Below are positions 49,941 to 58,558 of a stretch of DNA of 64,000 bases, piece by piece. Both the position numbers and the translations under genes were made by a program. The DNA lies in the IMG/VR virus record IMGVR_UViG_3300032313_001582, positions 15,725 through 79,724 of that record, one strand, 5' to 3'. How positions within the stretch are numbered: the stretch's first letter is position 1; each line of letters starts with the position of its first letter. The stretch comes from a virus. The notes beneath the pieces were generated by a model. That model did not search any database. It was not told the origin of the DNA and saw only the letters and a list, made by a program, of their open reading frames with translations.

Positions 49941-50308
49941 TGGATAAAAGAATCGAAATAGCAGGAAAAGTTTTGCTCGTAGGCTCGGTTGCTTATTTGA
50001 TAGCAAAGATTTACAAACAGGTTAATGATGGTGTAGGTTTGTTTTTGTCCCAAGCAAAGATGGGTGAATATGTCATGACGAGTCAGTACGGAATGAATAA
50101 GCCAATGACTAAAGAGAAATACTATGAAATAACCAAAAATGCTGAAGGTAAAAACGTAAGTTTTGTAAATGCTTGGAAACAATTGGACAAAGAATATGCA
50201 AACGCATATTACAAAGCAGTATGGAGAGCAACCAAGGGAAAAGGTTCAGATACGTTTAAGGTGGGAGATGTTGAATATCTCACCAAGGGTGGACGGAAAA
50301 AGACTTAA
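49940..50308 (+). CDS. N-anchored membrane protein
   Basis: N-terminal TM; ends LTKGGRKKT. Confidence 0.65.
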   Translation: MDKRIEIAGKVLLVGSVAYLIAKIYKQVNDGVGLFLSQAKMGEYVMTSQYGMNKPMTKEKYYEITKNAEGKNVSFVNAWKQLDKEYANAYYKAVWRATKGKGSDTFKVGDVEYLTKGGRKKT

Positions 50309-50319
50309 CTAAGAGAAGT

Positions 50320-50478
50320 ATGACTAACAATTCCAGAAATATTGCAATAATAGTAGGCACTTTAGTAGTTGCTGGTGGACTTGCTTATTGGTTTTACAAT
50401 TATCAAGTTAAATTGTTGAATTTGAATACTTTGAGTCCAGAGTATACAAAAGAACTTGAAAACATAACGATGGAATGA
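50320..50478 (+). CDS. 52-aa membrane protein, absent from the ORF track
   Basis: MTNNSRNIAIIVGTLVVAGGLAYWFY... Confidence 0.65.
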   Translation: MTNNSRNIAIIVGTLVVAGGLAYWFYNYQVKLLNLNTLSPEYTKELENITME

Positions 50479-50479
50479 T

Positions 50480-51259
50480 ATGGCAAATTGGAAAATCAAA
50501 GTGCCACAAGGTACTTATAAATCGGACAGAACAATATCTCAAAGCATCGCTGAATTACAAAAAGCGAAAACTGCCTCTGGTAAAGAGTTAAAAGAAATTT
50601 CGGAGTTTTATAGTTTACCATTTTACTTGGTGTTTGCGGTTGCAACTTTGGAAAGTGGTGGTCAGTCGATAAGGTCTTTTGATGGCTTGTCTTATGGGGT
50701 AATGCAAACAAATGCTGAAACAATGGATGGAGTCATTAAAGAAGTTTTTAAGCAAGGAATGACTATGGGTAAATTCTATCCATTGTACTTAGATATAAAG
50801 CCATTATTCACTTTGAAAAAACCTATACCTGCAAATTTTTGGGATAATAGTAATATTGCTTTAAGACAAGAGCCAGCAAGTAATTTTTTAAGATATAAAG
50901 GTTGGGAGGCTTGGAAAAATACCAAATCTACTTACAATCAAAAAATGATGACTAATAAGCCTTTTGCAATTCGAGTTGGTGTTTTGTTTTTAAGACAATT
51001 GATAGGTGATTCATTAGAAAAAGTTGGACAAGATGTTTATTTAAGAATGGACTGGGTAATCAAAGGATATAACATGGGGTATTATTCATTGAAGTTCGGA
51101 ATTTTGAATAAGCCACAAAATAGAGCCTTGGATTCTAATGCTTTGATTATCAGACCAGATTTAATAAATCAAAGATACACGAAGCCATATATACAAAGAA
51201 TTGGAGGTATAAATGGTTACTTAGATTTAATCAAGCAGGGTAAATTTAAATTGTCATAA
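50480..51259 (+). CDS. Lytic transglycosylase (SLT-like)
   Basis: AVATLESGG (catalytic E-S), GVMQ, GYNMG (AYNxG-like). Confidence 0.78.
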   Translation: MANWKIKVPQGTYKSDRTISQSIAELQKAKTASGKELKEISEFYSLPFYLVFAVATLESGGQSIRSFDGLSYGVMQTNAETMDGVIKEVFKQGMTMGKFYPLYLDIKPLFTLKKPIPANFWDNSNIALRQEPASNFLRYKGWEAWKNTKSTYNQKMMTNKPFAIRVGVLFLRQLIGDSLEKVGQDVYLRMDWVIKGYNMGYYSLKFGILNKPQNRALDSNALIIRPDLINQRYTKPYIQRIGGINGYLDLIKQGKFKLS

Positions 51260-51282
51260 AAATTAATTAAATTTGATAGCAA

Positions 51283-51741
51283 ATGGCAGTAACAACTTGG
51301 AATACCGTACCTAATTATGACGAATGGGGAAGTGATACCTATTGGTCATGTGAAGATTGGATTCAATACCATAAATTATTAAAACAACATTTCGGTGAGG
51401 AAAGGGCAAAATACATCTGGGAATTTGCTTATGGTCAAGGAACAGATGGTGCTTCTCACTGGGATTGCCGTACATCTAATAATGCATTCAGAAAATACGC
51501 AAGTTCAGAGAAATTAAACATGTATTCCAGTGCTGGGTTGTTCTCAATCATTTTGAAACCAGTAGGCGTTGGTTTTGACATAGTGAATGACACATCTGAT
51601 GCAATCAGTGGAATATCAAGTGACATAGCGGATTTTTTTAATTCAGACAATGTAAGCCCAATTAAAGTTCTTCTTTGGGGAACAACTTTCATTGCTCTGG
51701 GTTTTGTAGGGTACAAAGCATATCAGTACACGAAAAAATGA
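51283..51741 (+). CDS. Tail-anchored membrane protein
   Basis: Trp/Cys N-domain; C-terminal TM + KK; TAAATTTG element at 51268. Confidence 0.7.
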   Translation: MAVTTWNTVPNYDEWGSDTYWSCEDWIQYHKLLKQHFGEERAKYIWEFAYGQGTDGASHWDCRTSNNAFRKYASSEKLNMYSSAGLFSIILKPVGVGFDIVNDTSDAISGISSDIADFFNSDNVSPIKVLLWGTTFIALGFVGYKAYQYTKK

Positions 51742-51932
51742 TGCCTAAAATACAAATATCGGAAAACACTCAGAAAGTCCTTTTATGGGGTTCTGTGGCT
51801 CTGCTTGTAGGTATCACTATCGTTGTGGTGAAAAACAAGAGAGATAAGAAAGTTCGCCTTGAAAATGAAAGCAAAGGTCTTCAAAAAGAATATGAAAATT
51901 TGTTAACAAGAATAGATAAAGCACCAAAATAA
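51738..51932 (+). CDS. Small N-anchored membrane protein
   Basis: Start MMPKIQ; TM then coiled coil. Confidence 0.65.
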   Translation: MMPKIQISENTQKVLLWGSVALLVGITIVVVKNKRDKKVRLENESKGLQKEYENLLTRIDKAPK

Positions 51933-52534
51933 TGAGCAATAAATGGATATATCCCGTTTTAGGTATCGGAATTGCTTCCGCTATTGTTTATGTGTTTGTA
52001 TTTAAGAAAGACAAGTCTTACGAACCACCTCCAGCACCAAATCCAGAAGATATTGACCCAGATTCTGGTTTGACTTATGCTCAAGCAACTATTGACCCTA
52101 CAATATTGATTTACTTGCAACCATCTCAAAATCAACAAAACGCGAGTAATATCTATGAATCTGGTCCAGCAAAAGGAAAAAGGATTTTTACTAACAACAG
52201 AATTAAGGGCAAAAAAATATCCACCAAAGTTGATGCCGTAAAATTACGCTCTTATGCTCATGTAAATAATGGGTTTATTAATAATATCGTTGCAGAAGTA
52301 GGACAAGACGTTGTTTTGGGGGATGCACAATTCGTAACGAGTGAAGTTGATTTAATTAATGGGGCAAAAGGAATTACCATGAATCCAAAGACAAAAGAAC
52401 CATATAAGTGGGTAAATATTACTCTGTCCGATTCGACAACTGATTTAATAAACAAAGGTAAAAGTTGGTATCAACCAGATTTGCCAAAAGGCAAAACAGT
52501 GTATGCAAGGGAGGACACTATAAAAATCGTTTAA
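51932..52534 (+). CDS. N-anchored protein with SH3b-like domain
   Basis: TM, Pro linker, VKLRS...WVNI...YAREDTI pattern. Confidence 0.55.
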   Translation: MSNKWIYPVLGIGIASAIVYVFVFKKDKSYEPPPAPNPEDIDPDSGLTYAQATIDPTILIYLQPSQNQQNASNIYESGPAKGKRIFTNNRIKGKKISTKVDAVKLRSYAHVNNGFINNIVAEVGQDVVLGDAQFVTSEVDLINGAKGITMNPKTKEPYKWVNITLSDSTTDLINKGKSWYQPDLPKGKTVYAREDTIKIV

Positions 52535-52535
52535 A

Positions 52536-53096
52536 ATGAAAAAGTTAACTGATATAAAACTGACTCAGAACCAAAAGTACGCTTTATACTTTGGTGGTGC
52601 AGTAGTAGGTACATACATAATTATTCAAATCATCAAAGCCATTCAAAAAGGTGGCGATAAAGGTGAAAATAAAGGTGCAGGTATTAAGACACAAGTTGTC
52701 TTTACCGATAAGTATTTGTCTGGTCTTCCTTTGGGGGTAGATAATTTGACATGGGCTTCTAAAGTTCCCACAAAGTATTTACCAAGTTTTGATGCAATAG
52801 GATTATCAAAAACAGATTCTGTTTTTAAAGCAAAAGCCGAAAGAATTCAAAAACTTTTGAATCAAAGGATGGAGGCATCTTATGATGGTTATCCAGCGTT
52901 AGTAGTTGATGGACAAATTGGTGCAGAAACTACAAAAGCCATGATTAAAATTGCCAAAGACTATGGCAAACTCGATGAACTTGTACCTCTTAAAACCAAA
53001 GATGACCTTGAAAAATGGGCAGTCTTTTTTGGTATTAAAAATGATTCCACAACAAATGAAGAAACAAATCCTTTCCCTTGGATGGGCTTAAAATAA
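52536..53096 (+). CDS. N-anchored protein with peptidoglycan-binding domain
   Basis: IQKLLN...VDGQIGAETTKAM (PG_binding_1-like). Confidence 0.65.
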   Translation: MKKLTDIKLTQNQKYALYFGGAVVGTYIIIQIIKAIQKGGDKGENKGAGIKTQVVFTDKYLSGLPLGVDNLTWASKVPTKYLPSFDAIGLSKTDSVFKAKAERIQKLLNQRMEASYDGYPALVVDGQIGAETTKAMIKIAKDYGKLDELVPLKTKDDLEKWAVFFGIKNDSTTNEETNPFPWMGLK

Positions 53097-53102
53097 AAAG
53101 AA

Positions 53103-53669
53103 ATGGAAATTGATATTTTTTACACAAACGATGATATGAGTTTTGGCTTTGATGGCAAAGAAAATAAGTTTGCTTCAAAAGTCCAAGGTGGATTTTGCGA
53201 TACCGATTATTCGTATTTAAGTGGTGGTTTTCCAGCAAGCGGATTTGATACCACATCAGACAATGTGAATGCACTTGGTCGCGAAGCCCAAGTCGAAAGT
53301 TGGTTTTCTTTGGATGAAAAAGAAAAAACTAATTGTGCGATTTTGGAAAGCAAAATTGAAGGTCTTAAAAAGGCAATCAAAGAAAATCAAACTAAACTTT
53401 TAACTGTAAAAGGTGGAGAGAAAAGAGTCACCGAAGACTATTTGAATCTTTACCAACGCAGATTAAATTTTTTCGAAGGATTGTATGCTGACGCGAAATG
53501 TGAAGAAAGTAAAATCGCAGAAGAAGAATCAAAACTTCAAGGGTTGTTATCTCAATTAACTTCTGGGGAAGAAAAAGACAAAATGGGTAAAATCGTTCTT
53601 ATTGGCGGAGTTGCCGTTGTTTTGGGAGTAATAGGTTTAATCATTTATAAAAAAAGTAAAGCATCATGA
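53103..53669 (+). CDS. Tail-anchored coiled-coil protein
   Basis: FGFDG N-terminus, helical body, C-terminal TM + KKSK. Confidence 0.7.
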   Translation: MEIDIFYTNDDMSFGFDGKENKFASKVQGGFCDTDYSYLSGGFPASGFDTTSDNVNALGREAQVESWFSLDEKEKTNCAILESKIEGLKKAIKENQTKLLTVKGGEKRVTEDYLNLYQRRLNFFEGLYADAKCEESKIAEEESKLQGLLSQLTSGEEKDKMGKIVLIGGVAVVLGVIGLIIYKKSKAS

Positions 53670-54607
53670 ACATAAATAATCAATTAGGATTGGCAACGCA
53701 TCCAATTCCTGTTTACAATAAAAGTATTGACCAACAACTTGGATTTATCGGTACGGATGGTCAGGGTATCATGTTTAATGCCGATGGTGGCGAGTATTGG
53801 GCTTCAAAGGCAACACCTAACTATTCAGATGATAATCTAATTATGTTAAACGAGGATAGCACATTCTTAAACGCAGGTGGTCAAGATGGTAATTGGCGTA
53901 ATGATAGAAGATATTATGTTGGCGATGAAAGTAGTGTTGATTTTGAGTTAGACACTCTCCGCATCAGAGATAAATCAACGGGTAAAATTATTACTAACGA
54001 TTTGAAATATGTCCAATCTAAAATTGAAAAATACGCATTAGAATCCGATAATTTGAAAAATAGGTTGGAAGGAACAGAATTAGATGTCACGACAACTCAG
54101 TATACTACTAATTCACAAAAGAATCAAAACCGAGCGCTTGCAAACCAACAAAAATGGGTTAAAGATAGACTCGTAAGCAGATTAAGGGATATTTTAAAAG
54201 ATTTGGAAATTGCTCAAGAAAAAGCCTTAGCGTTAAAAGCCAAAGCGGATTCAGATGCAAAAATTAAAGCAGACAATGATGCGTTTGCAAAAGCAAAATC
54301 TTCAAATACAATAGTTGCTTACACTGAATATTTGAAGAACTTTCCCGAAGGTTTGTCAGTAGACAAGGCAAATAAATCTATTGATGACATCAGAAAAGCC
54401 GAAAAAATCAAGGCTCTGGAAAATCAAAAAGCCAATGCTACTCCCGAAGAGAAAAAGCGTATTGACGCTGAAATAGATGCAATTTTGGGTGTTGATTCAG
54501 GAACTACGGGTACTGTGGCAACCAGAATGTTTCTTTACGGAGGAATTGCTTTGGTAGCGGTGTATGGTCTTTACAAAGTATTTAAAGGAAACTCCGCTTC
54601 AGCCTAA
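53666..54607 (+). CDS. Tail-anchored coiled-coil protein
   Basis: FNADGG/FLNAGG N-terminus, long helix, C-terminal TM. Confidence 0.7.
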   Translation: MNINNQLGLATHPIPVYNKSIDQQLGFIGTDGQGIMFNADGGEYWASKATPNYSDDNLIMLNEDSTFLNAGGQDGNWRNDRRYYVGDESSVDFELDTLRIRDKSTGKIITNDLKYVQSKIEKYALESDNLKNRLEGTELDVTTTQYTTNSQKNQNRALANQQKWVKDRLVSRLRDILKDLEIAQEKALALKAKADSDAKIKADNDAFAKAKSSNTIVAYTEYLKNFPEGLSVDKANKSIDDIRKAEKIKALENQKANATPEEKKRIDAEIDAILGVDSGTTGTVATRMFLYGGIALVAVYGLYKVFKGNSASA

Positions 54608-54867
54608 TGGAAAACTTTGATTCCTTTTTTCAAGACACAAACTTTGATACCGACAGGATTCAAGGTGATTTAAACAATGCTGAATTGTTCGGAGATAAGT
54701 TTGCTGAAACTTTTTCTCCAGAAGCCTCTGTAAACTTGGAAGAAGCAAAAAAAAGAATTGAAAGACTTAATGCAAAACCAGAAGTAATAACGGGTGTTCC
54801 AAACGCCTTGCTTTATTATGGAGTGATTGCCTTGGGTATTTATGGAATCTATAAAATTTTGTCATAA
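54607..54867 (+). CDS. Tail-anchored membrane protein
   Basis: C-terminal TM. Confidence 0.65.
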   Translation: MENFDSFFQDTNFDTDRIQGDLNNAELFGDKFAETFSPEASVNLEEAKKRIERLNAKPEVITGVPNALLYYGVIALGIYGIYKILS

Positions 54868-55370
54868 TGAACGCAAAAAAAGTTTTACTCGTAACTGGTG
54901 CTTCGCTATTTGCAGTTGCTCTGGGACGATATGTCTATCGTAATATCCTATTGGCTAACAAGTGGGATTTCTTTTATAAGGGATTTGAAATTAATCAAAT
55001 TTATCCAAGCCCAATAGTTACAACGATTATTGAATTTAAAAACGTGAGTGACTTGACGGTAACAATCAAGGATATTGATATTGCAGTATTCACGGAAGAT
55101 GTACAAATAGGAAAAGTTTTTCAGCCAGATACAATTACAATTGCTCCAAATGGTTCTACAAATGTTAAATTTAAGTTAGAATTTAGTGCAGGTAATGCCA
55201 TTAAGGGATGGAGTACTTTGATTGCTAATGCATTGCAAAAGAAAGATTTACCTATGGACTTCATAGGTACATTTAAAACGAAGACTTTATTCGGATTTTT
55301 GAGCGTTCCAGTAAGATATTCTACAAGTGGCAAAAACTTGTATCAACTCTGGAAAACTTACTATGGATAA
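54867..55370 (+). CDS. LEA_2/WHy-like membrane-anchored protein
   Basis: N-terminal TM; EFKNVSDLTVTIKDID..IG....TIAPNG pattern. Confidence 0.65.
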   Translation: MNAKKVLLVTGASLFAVALGRYVYRNILLANKWDFFYKGFEINQIYPSPIVTTIIEFKNVSDLTVTIKDIDIAVFTEDVQIGKVFQPDTITIAPNGSTNVKFKLEFSAGNAIKGWSTLIANALQKKDLPMDFIGTFKTKTLFGFLSVPVRYSTSGKNLYQLWKTYYG

Positions 55371-55372
55371 AC

Positions 55373-55380
55373 TATCTTTG
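55373..55380 (+). promoter_or_regulatory. Bacteroidota-type -7 promoter element (TATCTTTG)
   Basis: Intergenic TAnnTTTG before ATG 55403. Confidence 0.6.
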
Positions 55381-55402
55381 TTTTACAAATAAATAGTTTA
55401 AC

Positions 55403-55810
55403 ATGTTACAAGAAATGTTCGGTACAAAAATCGCCAATGACTTTCTGAAAGGGATTCAGCGATTTGCACACGCTCTGGAAACGGATGATGAAAAAGTACA
55501 AATTAGATTGACTTTGACTCAAAATGAAAACCAACCCATAGTTTATGAGTTGGTAAAAGAATGGAGAGTCATAAAGGAAACTGATTTTAAAGAAGTTATG
55601 GGAATAAAAATGGACCTCCTTAACCAAGAGGGAATGATAACACCCGTAATTATTCAAATGATGGTTTTCCATGGTCAAAACTTATCGATAACGATGGAGG
55701 CTCTCTCTGCATACCTTTTCAAAAAAGGAAATCAAGTTGGGGTTGCCATATATGATGGTTCTAATTGTTCTAAAGTTTGTCCAATTCAAGAGATGCTAAA
55801 AATGGAATAA
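55403..55810 (+). CDS. Hypothetical protein
   Basis: 135 aa ORF after a promoter element. Confidence 0.6.
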   Translation: MLQEMFGTKIANDFLKGIQRFAHALETDDEKVQIRLTLTQNENQPIVYELVKEWRVIKETDFKEVMGIKMDLLNQEGMITPVIIQMMVFHGQNLSITMEALSAYLFKKGNQVGVAIYDGSNCSKVCPIQEMLKME

Positions 55811-55825
55811 AAAAAAACTTAAACG

Positions 55826-56572
55826 ATGCCAGTTGTCAGTAGAAGTACACCAAACAATATACTTGTAGTAGCCCCAAACGGCTTGGCGATATTCGTAAAT
55901 GACAACAACGGAGTTCTTTCATTAAAAGATTGGGCAGGAAATGTACAACCTGTTTCCGATTATATTAGTGGTGGTGGTGGAAGTGGTATAACGAGCATTA
56001 ACGCTTTGAATGCGGTAGCCCAGTTCATGGTAACTGGTTCTGCTGGAAACGATTTTAATATTGTTTCTGCTGGTGCAACTCATACTTTTAACATCCCTTC
56101 AGCAAGTACATCAGCGAGAGGTCTTGTTACCACAGGGGCTCAAACTTTCGCTGGGATAAAGACATTTAATGAAAACGCGAATTTTAATGCCGATGTAGAC
56201 GTGGTTGGTACTTTGACCGCGACTGCAAAATCATTTTTGATTCCACACCCAGACACAAGTAAGTTTGGATGGATGCTTCAACATGGTAACTTAGAAGGAC
56301 CTGAACATGCAGTTTATTTCCGTGGAAAACTGGATGATTCAAATTCAATTAATTTGCCACCCTACTGGAAGTTTCTTGTAGATGAAGACACTATTTCAGT
56401 AACTTTGACTCCAATTGGTTCATACCAACAATTATATATTACAGATGTTAACGCCCAATATGTTGAAATTAAAGAAAATAGCGATAAGAAGATTAGTTGC
56501 TATTACATGGTTTATGCGGAGCGCAAAGACATCGACAAATTGTTGGTCGAACATGCTCCCATAGAATCATGA
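55826..56572 (+). CDS. Fibre/spike protein with C-terminal chaperone-like domain
   Basis: GAQTFAGIKTF fibre motif; KSFLIPHP..LEGPE..YFRG..AERKD C-domain typical of phage fibres. Confidence 0.6.
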   Translation: MPVVSRSTPNNILVVAPNGLAIFVNDNNGVLSLKDWAGNVQPVSDYISGGGGSGITSINALNAVAQFMVTGSAGNDFNIVSAGATHTFNIPSASTSARGLVTTGAQTFAGIKTFNENANFNADVDVVGTLTATAKSFLIPHPDTSKFGWMLQHGNLEGPEHAVYFRGKLDDSNSINLPPYWKFLVDEDTISVTLTPIGSYQQLYITDVNAQYVEIKENSDKKISCYYMVYAERKDIDKLLVEHAPIES

Positions 56573-58557
56573 AAAAGGTATTACACATAACCCCCCATCT
56601 TAGCACTGGCGGATTGCCCCAGTTTTTGTTATCACTCTTACGTTCAACAAATGATTTGTCTGAAAATTATTGTGTTGAATATGCATGCCATTCACATGAT
56701 TTTGTCGTTCAAAGGAATCAGGTTATTGACTTGATGCAAGACAGGTTTCATGCATTGCCAGACGATAAATTTCATCTGCTACAATTGATTAAAGACATCA
56801 AACCAGATGTCATCCATTTTCAAGAGTTCCCAGAGTACTTCATGGACTCCAGTTTGACAAAAGAAATCTATGACGTTGACAGAGAGTATGTAATCATTGA
56901 AACATCTCATGATTCATCTTTTTCCCATAAAAATAAAGTGTGGTTTCCCGATAGGTTGGCTCTCATTTCTCAGTTTCAAATCAATGAGTTTGAGCCCTTG
57001 GGAATTCCAATCACTTTGCTTGAGGCTGATATAATTTACAAAGACAGACCAAACAGAAGAGAAGGTCTTGCAAAACTTGGATTAGACCCACAGAAAATAC
57101 ATATTCTGAATGTAGGATTGTGGACTTCAAGAAAAAATCAAAAGGAGGTTCTTTTTTACGCAAAGAAGTTTTACGAAACTTTTGGTGAAGACAGAGTGCA
57201 ATTTCATTGTGTTGGAAACATGGCGGATAACTTCTATGACTATTGGAGTCCTTTGGTTAAAACGGCAACTCCAAACGTAAAAGTATGGGGTGAAAGAAGT
57301 GATGTAGAGAAATTTTATTCCTGCATGGACATTTTTCTATTTACCAGTCGCGGTCACGCGAATGATAAAGAAACATCACCATTGGTTTTAAAGGAAGCAA
57401 TCGGTTGGAAGATGCCAATTTTTATGTACAACTTACCAGTTTACTTGGACTACTATAATAAATTCTCAAATATTAAATATATGCAAACAGATGAAAATGT
57501 AAATGCTTCAGAACTATTGGCTCATTCGAGGTCTTTGTTAAATGACATTCCCAAAGAGTTTGAAGTGAATTTTGAAGAGGCTGAAAACAAAATATGGGTA
57601 AAGCACATCATTGAAAAAGATGTTAAGGTATCAATAGCGGTATCGGACATCGACCATCACCATTCGATTTATTGCTTTGACCATGAATTTTTGGCGAAAG
57701 ATAATTTTTGGATTTGGACTATTCCTATTCCCAAGCACGTCTTGGAAAATATTGACACCAAAGGTTTCTTTAGGGGTTACAAAGTCGAAATTTATAATGA
57801 CAAAAAGAACTTGCTTCTGGAAGAACATGATTTATGGATTCACCCAGAAAGACCAAAGATGGAAGCAAAATTTGTCATCCCGAATGTTTGGAATTTGTCT
57901 TGGATGAATTACGTTGAAATGTTCATTGATAGGTACTATGATGTTTATGACCTTAGCGATGTAAAAGTGGCTTTGGACATGGGTGCTAATGATGGATTAT
58001 TCACAGAATATTTATTGAGCATTGGAATCCCAAGGGTTTATTGCTTTGAGCCAGACCCAAGATGTATTAAATTCTTGAATAGCAAGTACTACAACAAATC
58101 AAATGTGATTGTGGTAGATAAAGCAGTGTATTACGAAGATGCAGTTGATTTGGATTTCTTTTGTACAACCCAAGCCAGCACCACCAGTGCGTTGGTAGAC
58201 AAAAAAAATAATACAAGTTTTTACGGAGCGTTCAATCAAAAAGTGTTGGTTGATGGTATCACCTTGAATACTTTCAGACAGAAATTTAATTGCCAACCCG
58301 ATTTCATTAAAATGGACATTGAAGGTGCAGAATATGGTGTTTTGACCTCCTTACAAGACTATGAAATTCAAGATGTAAATAAGTGGTTGATTGAATTCCA
58401 CGAGAACAAAAATGGTGAATTCATGAAACTGGTTGAAAGATTTTTGCAGTTGGGATTTGAAATAAGGGTTCACAATCATACAGACCAGAACAAGGTGGTT
58501 TTCCCAGACGAGTGGAACAACACCATCACAGGTACGATGTTCGCTAAAAAGATGTAA
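56569..58557 (+). CDS. GT4 glycosyltransferase fused to FkbM methyltransferase
   Basis: PHLSTGG, RKNQ, ETSPLVLKEA; C-terminal LDMGANDG, KMDIEGAE; start re-called at MKKVLH. Confidence 0.85.
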   Translation: MKKVLHITPHLSTGGLPQFLLSLLRSTNDLSENYCVEYACHSHDFVVQRNQVIDLMQDRFHALPDDKFHLLQLIKDIKPDVIHFQEFPEYFMDSSLTKEIYDVDREYVIIETSHDSSFSHKNKVWFPDRLALISQFQINEFEPLGIPITLLEADIIYKDRPNRREGLAKLGLDPQKIHILNVGLWTSRKNQKEVLFYAKKFYETFGEDRVQFHCVGNMADNFYDYWSPLVKTATPNVKVWGERSDVEKFYSCMDIFLFTSRGHANDKETSPLVLKEAIGWKMPIFMYNLPVYLDYYNKFSNIKYMQTDENVNASELLAHSRSLLNDIPKEFEVNFEEAENKIWVKHIIEKDVKVSIAVSDIDHHHSIYCFDHEFLAKDNFWIWTIPIPKHVLENIDTKGFFRGYKVEIYNDKKNLLLEEHDLWIHPERPKMEAKFVIPNVWNLSWMNYVEMFIDRYYDVYDLSDVKVALDMGANDGLFTEYLLSIGIPRVYCFEPDPRCIKFLNSKYYNKSNVIVVDKAVYYEDAVDLDFFCTTQASTTSALVDKKNNTSFYGAFNQKVLVDGITLNTFRQKFNCQPDFIKMDIEGAEYGVLTSLQDYEIQDVNKWLIEFHENKNGEFMKLVERFLQLGFEIRVHNHTDQNKVVFPDEWNNTITGTMFAKKM

Positions 58558-58558
58558 G

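Noticed and set aside
42132-55370. Eukaryotic giant virus or polinton-like virus
   Set aside because: Operonic stop-start overlaps, intrinsic terminators, Bacteroidota promoters and peptidoglycan-directed proteins indicate a bacterial host
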